Source of the DNA: Bacteroidales bacterium
Lineage (GTDB): Bacteria > Bacteroidota > Bacteroidia > Bacteroidales > P3
Direction: 5' to 3'
Assembly: GCA_023227645.1 (NCBI GenBank)
Contig: JALNVJ010000001.1
Location: 1-28,524, forward strand
DNA: 28,524 bases
In this document: positions 1 to 9,357 of the stretch, piece by piece
How positions within the stretch are numbered: the stretch's first letter is position 1
Layout: each line of letters begins with the position of its first letter
Notes under the pieces: model-generated
Told to the model about the DNA's origin: nothing
Seen by the model: only the letters and a program-made list of their open reading frames with translations
Database searches by the model: none
Program-made: the position numbers and the translations under genes

Positions 1-52
1 AAATTCAATTAGATTAAATCTATTTTCATACAAACATTTCACCCCTTCGTGG

Positions 53-90
53 TAATCATGAAAATCCTTTAATCATGAAAATCCTGATTC
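53..90. repeat. Tandem 16-bp direct repeat TAATCATGAAAATCCT x2 (17-nt period), with AATC cores every 8-9 nt
   Basis: Exact copies at 53-68 and 70-85, followed by GATTC. Confidence 0.75.
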
Positions 91-281
91 TTATCAAAAA
101 GCTTACTAATAATTTTTCCTTAACTTATTTTTGAAGAAGTACTCTCTAAATTTGATTGAAGAATACTTCTTTGACTTTTCTTTTTCACAACCTGTTTGTT
201 AGTTTTTAATGCTGATTTTTACCGTGTAATGGTCTTAACTTTGTTATCATTTATTGGTATCATTTATCTTAATGAGTATTT

Positions 282-318
282 AAAAAAAATCCCTCCATAT
301 TTATGTATGGAGGGATTT
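282..318 (-). terminator. Rho-independent terminator downstream of dcp
   Basis: 13-bp stem AAATCCCTCCATA (287-299) / TATGGAGGGATTT (306-318); U-tract follows on the minus strand; 19 nt past the dcp stop. Confidence 0.85.
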
Positions 319-337
319 GATTTTTTGGGTTTGAAGT

Positions 338-2443
338 TTATTTCTTCATTCCGTTATTTCTAAGTACTGCATCTATTGATGGGTCTTGTCCACGAAAACG
401 TTTGTACATATCTTTTGCATAATCGGTTCCTCCTCTTGATAGGATTTCATTTTTGAATCGATCTGCTGTTGTTTTGTCAAATATGTCTCCTGATTGTAGG
501 AAGGCATCAAATGCGTCTGCATCTAGCACTTCAGACCACACATAAGCGTAATAGCCAACTGCATATTCTCCTCCAAATACGTGTGCAAAATATGTTGAGC
601 GATAACGTGGTGGGATTTGAGATATTAGACCTATTTTGTCCATTGCTTTTTTCTCAAATTCTTGTATGTTGTCTATTTTTTGGCTTGAGCTGATTATATG
701 GTATTCCATATCTAGGTATGCTGCTGCGTATCGTTCGGTCATTCCGTATGCTACGTCAAATTTTCCTACTGATTCCATCTTTGTTAGTAGGTCTTGTGGG
801 ATTATTTCTCCTTTTTCATTTTTTGCAAACATTTTCAATACTTCTGGTTTTGAGCACCAGTGTTCTAGTATTTGTGATGGTAGTTCAACGAAGTCTCTTG
901 GTACTGATGTTCCTGAGGTTGAAGTATAGGTGCAGTTGGATAATAGTCCATGAGTAGCGTGTCCCATTTCATGGAATATGGTTGATGCTTCTTCTGCTGT
1001 TATGGTTGTTCTTCCTGATGGTGATTTTGCATAATTGAAACATACTGTGATTATTGGGGTGATTGATTTATCGCCTTTCTTGTATTGTTCTCTATAGCTA
1101 TTACACCATGCTCCTCCTGCTTTTGATGCTCTGGTGAATGGGTCCCAATACATTATTCCTACGTGTTCGTTCTTTTCGTTCTTGCATTCAAATACTTGAA
1201 CATCGTCTGAATAGGTTTTGATATCTTTTCTTTCGGTGAATGTTAGTCCGTATAGTTTGGTGATAACATCAAAACATCCTTGGCGTACGTTGTTTAGTTC
1301 AAAATATGGTCTGGTTTGTTCTGCATCAAAATTAAATTTTTGTTTTTTTAATTTATTTGCATAATAGGTCCAGTCCCATGCCTCTAGGGTTGCTCCCTTA
1401 TGGTCTTTGTCTAATAGTTTTTGAAGTTCAACAACGTCTTTCTTTGCAGCTGGTACGGAATACGATAAAAGTCCTTCTAATAATGAATTTACTTCTTCTG
1501 GAGTTTTAAGCATTCTTTCTTCAAGAATATAGTCTGCAAAGGTTTTATATCCTAGTAGTTCTGCTTTTTGAGCTCTTAGGTTAGCTATTTTTTTAATATT
1601 TTCTTTGTTATCTGTTTCTCCCCCATTATTACAACGGTTGTTTTTTGCTGTAAATATCTTTTCTCTTAGTTCTCTATTTTCTGCAAATTCAAGGAATGGG
1701 AATACTGATGGGCTATCGAGTGTGTATATCCATTTTCCTTCTTGCTTATTTTCTTTTGCTGTTGTTGCTCCTTGCTCAATTAACCATTCTGGTAATCCTT
1801 TTAAGTCTTCTTTTTTGTCAATAACAAGGGTATAAGATTTGGTTTCTTTTAGTAGGTTTGAAATAAACTTAGATTCTAGGGTTGTTAGGTCTCCGTTTAC
1901 TTTCTTTAGTTTATCTTGTTTGGTCTTATCTAATAATGCTCCTGAACGTACAAACCTCTTATAGGTTTTTTCCAATAACATTTTTTGTTCTTGGTTTAGG
2001 TTTTCTTTGTCTTTATTGTCCCAAACCATTTTAACCTTTTCAAATAATTTACCATTCATTGTGATTTCGTCACTATGTTTGGCTAGTATAGGTCCTATTT
2101 CGGATTCTATCTTTTGTAATTCTTCGTTAGTGTTTGCTGCAGTCATATTGAAAAATACGCCACCAACCTTTGCTAATAGCTCACCACTGAAATCAATTGC
2201 TACAATTGTGTTTTGGAAATTAGCTGCTTCTTTATTTTTTATAATAGCATCAATTTCTTCGTTATGAACTCTCATTGCCTCTTCAAAAGCAGGCATATAG
2301 TGTTCATTCTTTATTTCATCAAATGGAGCTGTACCAAATGGGGTATTCCATTCTTTAAGGAAAGGATTTTCGGAAAGATCTTTCTTCCCACATCCTACAA
2401 CTAATAATGCTGCACTTAGCATAATCAATAGATTTTTTTTCAT
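338..2443 (-). CDS. dcp: M3-family metallopeptidase (peptidyl-dipeptidase Dcp-like), lipoprotein
   Basis: HEMGH zinc motif, DFVELPSQILEHW, GGAW, HVFGGEYAVGYYAYVWSEVLDAD, ILSRGG; lipobox LLVVG-C18. Confidence 0.92.
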   Translation of the reverse strand: MKKNLLIMLSAALLVVGCGKKDLSENPFLKEWNTPFGTAPFDEIKNEHYMPAFEEAMRVHNEEIDAIIKNKEAANFQNTIVAIDFSGELLAKVGGVFFNMTAANTNEELQKIESEIGPILAKHSDEITMNGKLFEKVKMVWDNKDKENLNQEQKMLLEKTYKRFVRSGALLDKTKQDKLKKVNGDLTTLESKFISNLLKETKSYTLVIDKKEDLKGLPEWLIEQGATTAKENKQEGKWIYTLDSPSVFPFLEFAENRELREKIFTAKNNRCNNGGETDNKENIKKIANLRAQKAELLGYKTFADYILEERMLKTPEEVNSLLEGLLSYSVPAAKKDVVELQKLLDKDHKGATLEAWDWTYYANKLKKQKFNFDAEQTRPYFELNNVRQGCFDVITKLYGLTFTERKDIKTYSDDVQVFECKNEKNEHVGIMYWDPFTRASKAGGAWCNSYREQYKKGDKSITPIITVCFNYAKSPSGRTTITAEEASTIFHEMGHATHGLLSNCTYTSTSGTSVPRDFVELPSQILEHWCSKPEVLKMFAKNEKGEIIPQDLLTKMESVGKFDVAYGMTERYAAAYLDMEYHIISSSQKIDNIQEFEKKAMDKIGLISQIPPRYRSTYFAHVFGGEYAVGYYAYVWSEVLDADAFDAFLQSGDIFDKTTADRFKNEILSRGGTDYAKDMYKRFRGQDPSIDAVLRNNGMKK

Positions 2444-2485
2444 TGTGTTTATTTTATTTAATTAATTATTATCGAAATATTCAAT

Positions 2486-3166
2486 TCAATCATCAATAGT
2501 TTTCTTAAACTTAAACTTAGGCTCCTCTCCTTTTATCAAACGTTTTATGTTTTTCCTATGGGTATAGGGGATAAATATGGCGACCAGACATGTAAATACT
2601 ATTAGAGGTATATAGACTTCATAACTTAACCAATGTGCACAAGTAACATAGAGTATAGGAAATGCAACGGAACTTAGTATGGAAGCAAGGGATATGAATT
2701 TGGAAAAAACAAAGGTTATTATAAATATAGCAATAATTAGAGGTAGTAGGCGGTCGAATATACCTATTATAACTCCAAGCATTGTTGCTACTCCTTTTCC
2801 ACCCTTAAATCCAACATAAATTGGAAGTGCATGACCAACAACTGCAATAACTCCAAGAGCTAATTTATAATATGTTAGATATTCAGATCCTGAAACCATT
2901 CCCCAAATATCGGTGTAGAAACGTCCAAAGAAGTTAGCAAGATAAACTGCCCACCATCCCTTGAAGGCATCTATGCATAATACAAATAATCCAGGTAAGA
3001 GTCCAAGTACTCTAATGGTATTTGTTGCTCCCCCATTCTTAGATCCTTTTTCTCTAACATCAATCCCATAGAATGATCTCCCTATCCAAACGGCTGAAGG
3101 AATTGAACCTATTAAGTAGGCCAATATTCCCCCTAGTCCGAGCATTATATAATGTATTAATGTCAT
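2486..3166 (-). CDS. plsY: Glycerol-3-phosphate 1-O-acyltransferase PlsY
   Basis: YLIGSIP, GSKNGGATN, GHALPIYVGFKGGKGVAT, HRKNIKRL motifs; multi-TM pattern. Confidence 0.95.
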   Translation of the reverse strand: MTLIHYIMLGLGGILAYLIGSIPSAVWIGRSFYGIDVREKGSKNGGATNTIRVLGLLPGLFVLCIDAFKGWWAVYLANFFGRFYTDIWGMVSGSEYLTYYKLALGVIAVVGHALPIYVGFKGGKGVATMLGVIIGIFDRLLPLIIAIFIITFVFSKFISLASILSSVAFPILYVTCAHWLSYEVYIPLIVFTCLVAIFIPYTHRKNIKRLIKGEEPKFKFKKTIDD

Positions 3167-3189
3167 ATTATTCTGTTTCTTTAGTTAAT

Positions 3190-6100
3190 TTATTCTTCAT
3201 TATTTTCAAACTCATCAATTTTTTCGAGTTTTCTGATATAGTTTATTTTTTCGTTAGGTGTTGCTAGTCTATAAGTGAATATTTTGCCATCTGCCGCCTT
3301 AAACTCCCTGTCTTTATTAGGTACTTCTTTGATAAAATCATTGAATATTTCGTAAGAAGAAATTGCACTCATTGAGGCTCCGTTATATGTAAAGAAATAC
3401 CAATGGTCGGGGTTAGCTTCAATATATATCCTTATTTCGTTTGAGATTGAGGTTTTAACTAATTGTATTTTGGCTCTTATTTTCTTATTAACTTGGTGTT
3501 TGCCTACAATACTCAATTCTGCATCACCATAGGAAACATAAGAGTTTAGGATAGGATCCCATTGCATCTTTACATTAGAGAAATATAGGGTATAATCCAT
3601 TTTCTTAGGTATTTCCTTCCACTCCCCTGTTATTAGTAAGTCTTCATATAGCTCAAGACCTTTCTCTGAACCATAGATTGATACCAATTGGTCTTGGTAT
3701 TTGGATACTTCAAATTCAAGTGGTGAAAGGTTCATATCCTCATAGAGTTCAACTCCCATATAGTCGAGGGCAAGTGGTGAGAAAGGGAATTTTATACCAA
3801 GGCTCATATTTAGGTCGGCAGTCAGACTTGAATTATTGATCTTCATTTCGCCATAGTTTTGCATTTCTACAATACCCGATTTGCTTAATCCAATATTTAT
3901 ATTTCCCTGTCCTTTAGCATCACATGATGTTTTATTTAGTATTAGATAATCACCCAATCCTTCTTTCATATCTTCCAATTTCTCCATTGATGCGATCCTA
4001 TATTCATTGGATAGCTTATCGTAGGTTAGGTATCCTTTGGCAGTCATAAAAGTATTATCGGCTTCTATATCATTGGTTAAGAAAGCCGATTTGGGTTCCA
4101 TAGTCTTAGGGTTATATTGTAGGGAGGCAGTCACTCTTTGGCCGTCAACTGAAGAAGGAGCTTCTGAAATTGGTATATAAATATTCTTTGAGTCAACTCG
4201 TGATTTGAAGGTAATAAATGCAAGATTTTCATTGCAGTTATGACTTAGCTGAACACCTCCTTCAAATAAGTAATTACTATCTTTGGCATCAATTTGAACC
4301 TTTCCATAGAAATTAAATGCTGGACTTAATTGTAAAGGGGTTTCTTTAAGTATTGAACCTGTGGCACGAGAAGATATTGGGTCAGGGTTAAGTCTAGACA
4401 CAAAGATAGGGTGTTTCTTTTTGTTTTCATCCACATAGTCTATATATCCATTTGCAGAATAGAGTGAGGATGAGAATATATGTACCCTTGAAGAATAGAA
4501 CTCATGGATACGTGTTTCTGTATCAATAAGTATTCTAGCATCTTCTATGGTATCCATTTGGGCTCCTGGTCTGATAATAATTGTTGGGTCGGTTGGTTGT
4601 ATTGCTGCATCTCCACTCCTTATCAGGAACACCTCATCGGCTCTTAGCTTATTGTCTTTTAGGCTTAGGGTGGCATTAACAGAATTGAAGGTTAGGCCTT
4701 TTTGAACAGGGTTAGTGGCTGTGAACTTAGCTCCTGGTTGTTCTAAATCAATTAAATTTCTTATTTTCTTATTTGGAAAATCTCCAACACTTGTACTATT
4801 TGAGTTTAGGAGTGCTAGTTCTTTGGCATCCATTATCCAATCAAATTTATCCACCTCACAACTATATTGTAGATAGGTTAGGTCGCATGGTTTAACACCT
4901 TCCATTGATTTGAATTCTCCTCTTTTAGTTTTGAAATCAACCATTGACTTAACTTCTTTGGCATTGAATGCTATATCTTGTCCATTTAATGCCATTAGGG
5001 TAAAGTTGGCAGTGTCTGCAGTATAGGAAATAGATTTAAACTTGAAATTATCAGCAGCAACTATCATTTCGGCAGCCTTATTTGATCCCTTTCCGGTTAG
5101 GCCTATTGGACTAACTATTAGACTACCTGTATGTAGGGCTTCTCCACCAAACATATAGAAAGGTTCTGCAGCTTGGTGAACAATCATATAATCCTTGTAT
5201 GGATACCAATTTTCAGAAGTCTTGGTAACCGTTACTTCAGGAAATTCTACAGTTGATTTATTGGAGCATATAAACTTATCGGTTTTTGAATTCATTGAAT
5301 CGGGCAGGAATACAAACATCCTTGAGTCGGAACGTGAGGCAATATATTCTAGATATCCAGCACCTAACAGCCCTTGAAGACTTAAATCAATTTGGTTATA
5401 AAATTTACCCTTGCCTCCATATGCAAGCATTCCTGAATTTGGAGTTTTAATAATAAATCCAAGCGAATAGTCTTTCATTACCTTTAGAGGCTCTTTTATA
5501 TCGGCAAATATTCCTGCCGACTTCAAAACTCCAGTAAACTTAACACTATCTGTTTTGAAAGTCATTAAATCTTTTAATTTGAAGGGGTCTAGTTTATAAT
5601 AGAAATTTTCTCTTAAATAAACTCCCCCTTGAATTTTGGGTTGATCGTAATAAACATAAGAATCCTCAAGAGATGATAACATTGGGTATCCTGGCACTCT
5701 TTTAATACTACTCTTATTCTTAGGGTCATCAATCAATAATTCACAAACTAAGTTTTGGAGTGGAGTTTGAATTTTTATTATTTTATTGGTATCCTCAAAT
5801 AGTGGAACAAAGAAAGCCATAGAATCTATTTTGGGAAGGTTGAGGGCAAATCTTTCGTAATCGAAATAACATTTCTCTCCTCCCATAATAAATCTACCTG
5901 CTGTTACCCTACCATTAAATTCAAAACTCCTATTCTTCTTCATAACAATTTCTCCATTTACTGGAGATATATTCACAAAATGAGTGTCGGATAGAGAGAA
6001 GTTTTCAATACCATACATTCTTAAATCCATATCAAGAATATTTAGAACTGCATTGGCGCCTTTTTTGGTTGAAGAAACGAAACGTATATTATCATAGTCT

Positions 6101-7680
6101 TGTCTCTTAATATTTGCCATAATATAATCGTAGATCTTATCTTTAATGATAGCTGTCTTTCGATATGATTCATAATTGATAAATCCACTAATAGCTAAAC
6201 GCATTAACATAACCTCAGCTTGGGTTTCATCCATTCCAATATATCTTGCAAATTCTTTTACTGGAATATTCTTTTTCTTATATTTATCAACAAAACCCTT
6301 AACCCTATAAATTGGGTTAGTTTCGTCTATGCCTTGTATCTTATCCCATTTTAACTGGGTATAGTAATTATTTGATTCAAATGATGCAAAAGAAACACTA
6401 TTAGCTGGCCCCTTAACGGAAGTAAATTCTAAAATATGAGAATCTAATTCAACATATACTGCTTCAGTGTAGATATCAATTGCATGGTAAGAATCGACCC
6501 AAGGACTAGCTGAAATTCCTTCCTTATTGTTTATACAAGCTATCTCTCTTGAGTTTTTATTATATCTCATTAGAAGTCCGGGATGATAAATTGAGTCATT
6601 ATTTATATAGAATGTTATTTGACAATCAGGAGTTGTTATACCCTCTTGACTAAATGGGTGAGTGATTGCCTTTGCCTTACAAAATAATTTACCTTCTTTC
6701 TTAAATACAAGCTCTGCTGGCTCTTGTGCATCACCTGTTCCTAAAAACTTTCCTCCTTGTTGGGTAAATCCTCCAACATAATCAACATCTGGGAATATAT
6801 TTTTAATTATCTCCTCTCTCTTATATGAAAAAAATCGCGGAAAACTTGATTCCTTAACCTTATCGGAACATTGGTCTTCAAGGCTTCCGTGGAGCTTATG
6901 TTGAAAATATTCTTTATTAGTAAATTGAACTGAATCGGCAAATATAGCTGCTCTTTTTAAGGAAACAGTATATTTGGATAATTCTGCATATACCTGATCT
7001 TTTGGTAGTCCTGCTCTTGAAAAATCAATTCTCCCTCCCTTTCCTTCAAAAAACTGCTCAACAATATAGAATTTACCATTGGTGGAATAAAGTGTATTTT
7101 GGTCTTTTTGAGAAGAATAGGTTAGGTCAATACTTGAAGTAAAATCAACATAGGGTCCCCTATTGGTGTCTATCCTAATATTATACCCATTATGTTTTAC
7201 TGTCCAATTAACTGTTCGAGATGTGTAGAGAGAGTTAAATTTTACTAAGTTAAGTGAAGTATTTATGGCTTCATTAAAGGCTCCTAAGGTTGAAGATTCA
7301 ATTGTCCATTGAAGTCCTTTAAACCATTGATTATAACTTTCCTTAGATTGGTTGGTTGTTTGGAATGCTACCTGTGTTTCTATAAAATCGAAGAAGCCCG
7401 GAACGGGTCTAACTCTTTTCTTTAACATTTGATTGGAAAGAGACATCACATCTTGCTTTTGTTGTGATGGAATTGAATTCCAAATTGTTGCATAGTTTAT
7501 GATAAGCTCTTCATATTCTTTTTGCTTATCCTTTTTCATATTAACATCCGATTTGTAGAATTCTATTAGTTCGTCTATATAGGAATCTGAATTTCCAGAA
7601 AATTCTTTAAATCTTTGTGCGGAAACATTTAAACCTATACTAAAGACTAATAAAGTTAAAACCAATCTCTTAATAACCAT
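3190..7680 (-). CDS. 1496-aa exported hypothetical protein, beta-rich with internal repeats
   Basis: Uninterrupted ORF; signal peptide ending VSA|Q (Gln at +1, typical of Bacteroidota); 9-nt gap to prmA and 23-nt gap to plsY; function not recognised. Confidence 0.85.
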   Translation of the reverse strand: MVIKRLVLTLLVFSIGLNVSAQRFKEFSGNSDSYIDELIEFYKSDVNMKKDKQKEYEELIINYATIWNSIPSQQKQDVMSLSNQMLKKRVRPVPGFFDFIETQVAFQTTNQSKESYNQWFKGLQWTIESSTLGAFNEAINTSLNLVKFNSLYTSRTVNWTVKHNGYNIRIDTNRGPYVDFTSSIDLTYSSQKDQNTLYSTNGKFYIVEQFFEGKGGRIDFSRAGLPKDQVYAELSKYTVSLKRAAIFADSVQFTNKEYFQHKLHGSLEDQCSDKVKESSFPRFFSYKREEIIKNIFPDVDYVGGFTQQGGKFLGTGDAQEPAELVFKKEGKLFCKAKAITHPFSQEGITTPDCQITFYINNDSIYHPGLLMRYNKNSREIACINNKEGISASPWVDSYHAIDIYTEAVYVELDSHILEFTSVKGPANSVSFASFESNNYYTQLKWDKIQGIDETNPIYRVKGFVDKYKKKNIPVKEFARYIGMDETQAEVMLMRLAISGFINYESYRKTAIIKDKIYDYIMANIKRQDYDNIRFVSSTKKGANAVLNILDMDLRMYGIENFSLSDTHFVNISPVNGEIVMKKNRSFEFNGRVTAGRFIMGGEKCYFDYERFALNLPKIDSMAFFVPLFEDTNKIIKIQTPLQNLVCELLIDDPKNKSSIKRVPGYPMLSSLEDSYVYYDQPKIQGGVYLRENFYYKLDPFKLKDLMTFKTDSVKFTGVLKSAGIFADIKEPLKVMKDYSLGFIIKTPNSGMLAYGGKGKFYNQIDLSLQGLLGAGYLEYIASRSDSRMFVFLPDSMNSKTDKFICSNKSTVEFPEVTVTKTSENWYPYKDYMIVHQAAEPFYMFGGEALHTGSLIVSPIGLTGKGSNKAAEMIVAADNFKFKSISYTADTANFTLMALNGQDIAFNAKEVKSMVDFKTKRGEFKSMEGVKPCDLTYLQYSCEVDKFDWIMDAKELALLNSNSTSVGDFPNKKIRNLIDLEQPGAKFTATNPVQKGLTFNSVNATLSLKDNKLRADEVFLIRSGDAAIQPTDPTIIIRPGAQMDTIEDARILIDTETRIHEFYSSRVHIFSSSLYSANGYIDYVDENKKKHPIFVSRLNPDPISSRATGSILKETPLQLSPAFNFYGKVQIDAKDSNYLFEGGVQLSHNCNENLAFITFKSRVDSKNIYIPISEAPSSVDGQRVTASLQYNPKTMEPKSAFLTNDIEADNTFMTAKGYLTYDKLSNEYRIASMEKLEDMKEGLGDYLILNKTSCDAKGQGNINIGLSKSGIVEMQNYGEMKINNSSLTADLNMSLGIKFPFSPLALDYMGVELYEDMNLSPLEFEVSKYQDQLVSIYGSEKGLELYEDLLITGEWKEIPKKMDYTLYFSNVKMQWDPILNSYVSYGDAELSIVGKHQVNKKIRAKIQLVKTSISNEIRIYIEANPDHWYFFTYNGASMSAISSYEIFNDFIKEVPNKDREFKAADGKIFTYRLATPNEKINYIRKLEKIDEFENNEE

Positions 7681-7689
7681 TTTTCTAAT

Positions 7690-8526
7690 TTATTTTTTAA
7701 TTAATCGCAGTGCCGCCCAATTTTCCTTCGATATTTGATTATCTAAACTAAAACCATATTTTAATGCTTCATCCATCAAAATACTAATATCTTCAATATA
7801 GAAACCACTTAAAAACAAAATACCTCCACTTTTAATGTGTTGGGAGTATTTTTTAAGATCTTGAAGTAGAATATTCCTATTTATATTTGCAATAAAAACA
7901 TCATAATCTCTATCCAAAAGACCTGAATCACCATATCTCACCCTAACATCAAACTTATTGGCTTCAACATTTTCTAATGCGTTCTTAAATGCCCACTCAT
8001 CATTATCAATGGCTTCAACATAGGCTGCCCCTTTCATCTTAGCTAATATTGCCAATACTCCTGTTCCACTTCCCATATCCATTAAATCTTTTCCTACTAG
8101 GTTTTCATTTTCTAGGAGCTCAATTATTTGGAATGTTGTTGGATGATGTGCTGTACCAAATGACATTTTGGGAGATATTTCAATATTATATTCAACTTCC
8201 TCCAATGGTTGATGAAAATTTGCATGAACATAACAATAATTATTTATTAGAACAGCTGGATAAGATTTCTCCCATTCAGCGTTCCAATCCTGTTGTTCTA
8301 TTTCCTTTGTTTTGGTTGACATATCCACATCTGGGTTTAATACAATAAATCTTTCAATTAGTGCATTAAGCTTCATTTGGTTGAAAAGCCCTTCCTGACA
8401 ATAGGCTAAAAACCCCTCATTTGTATCCTGAAAACTTTCAAATCCAATATCGCATAAATCGGATTGAAGTATCTCAGAGTACATTTCAAGGGGTTTTAAA
8501 CTAAACTCTATTTCAATATATTTCAT
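7690..8526 (-). CDS. prmA: 50S ribosomal protein L11 methyltransferase
   Basis: EQQDWNAEW, ISPKMSFGTAHHPTT, DMGSGTGVLAI SAM motif, ANINRNIL, LFLSGF. Confidence 0.95.
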   Translation of the reverse strand: MKYIEIEFSLKPLEMYSEILQSDLCDIGFESFQDTNEGFLAYCQEGLFNQMKLNALIERFIVLNPDVDMSTKTKEIEQQDWNAEWEKSYPAVLINNYCYVHANFHQPLEEVEYNIEISPKMSFGTAHHPTTFQIIELLENENLVGKDLMDMGSGTGVLAILAKMKGAAYVEAIDNDEWAFKNALENVEANKFDVRVRYGDSGLLDRDYDVFIANINRNILLQDLKKYSQHIKSGGILFLSGFYIEDISILMDEALKYGFSLDNQISKENWAALRLIKK

Positions 8527-8554
8527 CTATATTTTTTAAGTATATATTTTTCTA

Positions 8555-9310
8555 TTAGAAAGAAGCGATAATGGCTAAGAAATCATCTGCATTAAGTGCT
8601 GCACCCCCAATTAGGCCTCCATCAACATCTTTATTTGCAAATAGTTCTTTAGCATTCTTAGGATTACAACTACCTCCATAAAGAATTGAAATCTCATCCG
8701 AAACTTCTTTTCCATATTTTTCTGTTAATAAAGAACGAATATAAGCATGCATTTCTTGTGCTTGTGCTCCTGTTGCTGTTTTTCCAGTTCCTATTGCCCA
8801 AACTGGTTCGTATGCAATAACAACATCTAGTATCTCTTCACCAGTTAAGCTGAAAAGACTTTCAATAACTTGGTTTTTAACAATGTCAAAATGCTTATCT
8901 GCATCTCTTTCTTCCAAAACTTCACCACAACAGAATATTGGCCTAATACCATTTTTAAGTAATAGGTTAACCTTTGTTGCTATGTCTTGGTTTGATTCGT
9001 TAAAGTATTTTCTTCTCTCACTATGCCCAACAATACAATATTCAATATTCATTGAAGCTAACATTTGAGCCGATACTTCACCTGTATATGCACCATTATC
9101 GAAAGATGCTACGTTTTGAGCTCCTGCATAGAAATTTGATTCTGATGCAAGGTCGGACGTTAGTTCCAAGTAGGGATATGGTGGACAAACAATCACTATT
9201 GTTTCTGTTTCAACTTCATCTAATTTTTCTGCAATTAGATTTACTAAATCATCTGCTTGTTCAAAGCCTAGATTCATTTTCCAGTTTCCTGCAACTATGT
9301 TTCTTCTCAT
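8555..9310 (-). CDS. tpiA: Triose-phosphate isomerase
   Basis: AGNWKMN, GAYTGEVS, VGHSERR, AYEPVWAIGTG, LYGGS, DGGLIGGA. Confidence 0.98.
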   Translation of the reverse strand: MRRNIVAGNWKMNLGFEQADDLVNLIAEKLDEVETETIVIVCPPYPYLELTSDLASESNFYAGAQNVASFDNGAYTGEVSAQMLASMNIEYCIVGHSERRKYFNESNQDIATKVNLLLKNGIRPIFCCGEVLEERDADKHFDIVKNQVIESLFSLTGEEILDVVIAYEPVWAIGTGKTATGAQAQEMHAYIRSLLTEKYGKEVSDEISILYGGSCNPKNAKELFANKDVDGGLIGGAALNADDFLAIIASF

Positions 9311-9340
9311 AATAATAATAATTTAATTTGTAAATACTAT

Positions 9341-9350
9341 TGCAAAGGTA
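9341..9350 (-). promoter_or_regulatory. Bacteroidota sigma-A -7 box upstream of tpiA
   Basis: TACCTTTGCA on the minus strand matches TAnnTTTG, 30 nt upstream of the ATG; no clear -33 box. Confidence 0.65.
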
Positions 9351-9357
9351 GTACTTT

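Noticed and set aside
134-171. Inverted repeat AAGAAGTA / TACTTCTT
   Set aside because: Only 8 AT-rich bp with a 22-nt loop; expected by chance.
8555-8600. TpiA GGASL reads GGAAL
   Set aside because: Conservative single change; all catalytic Lys, His and Glu motifs are intact.
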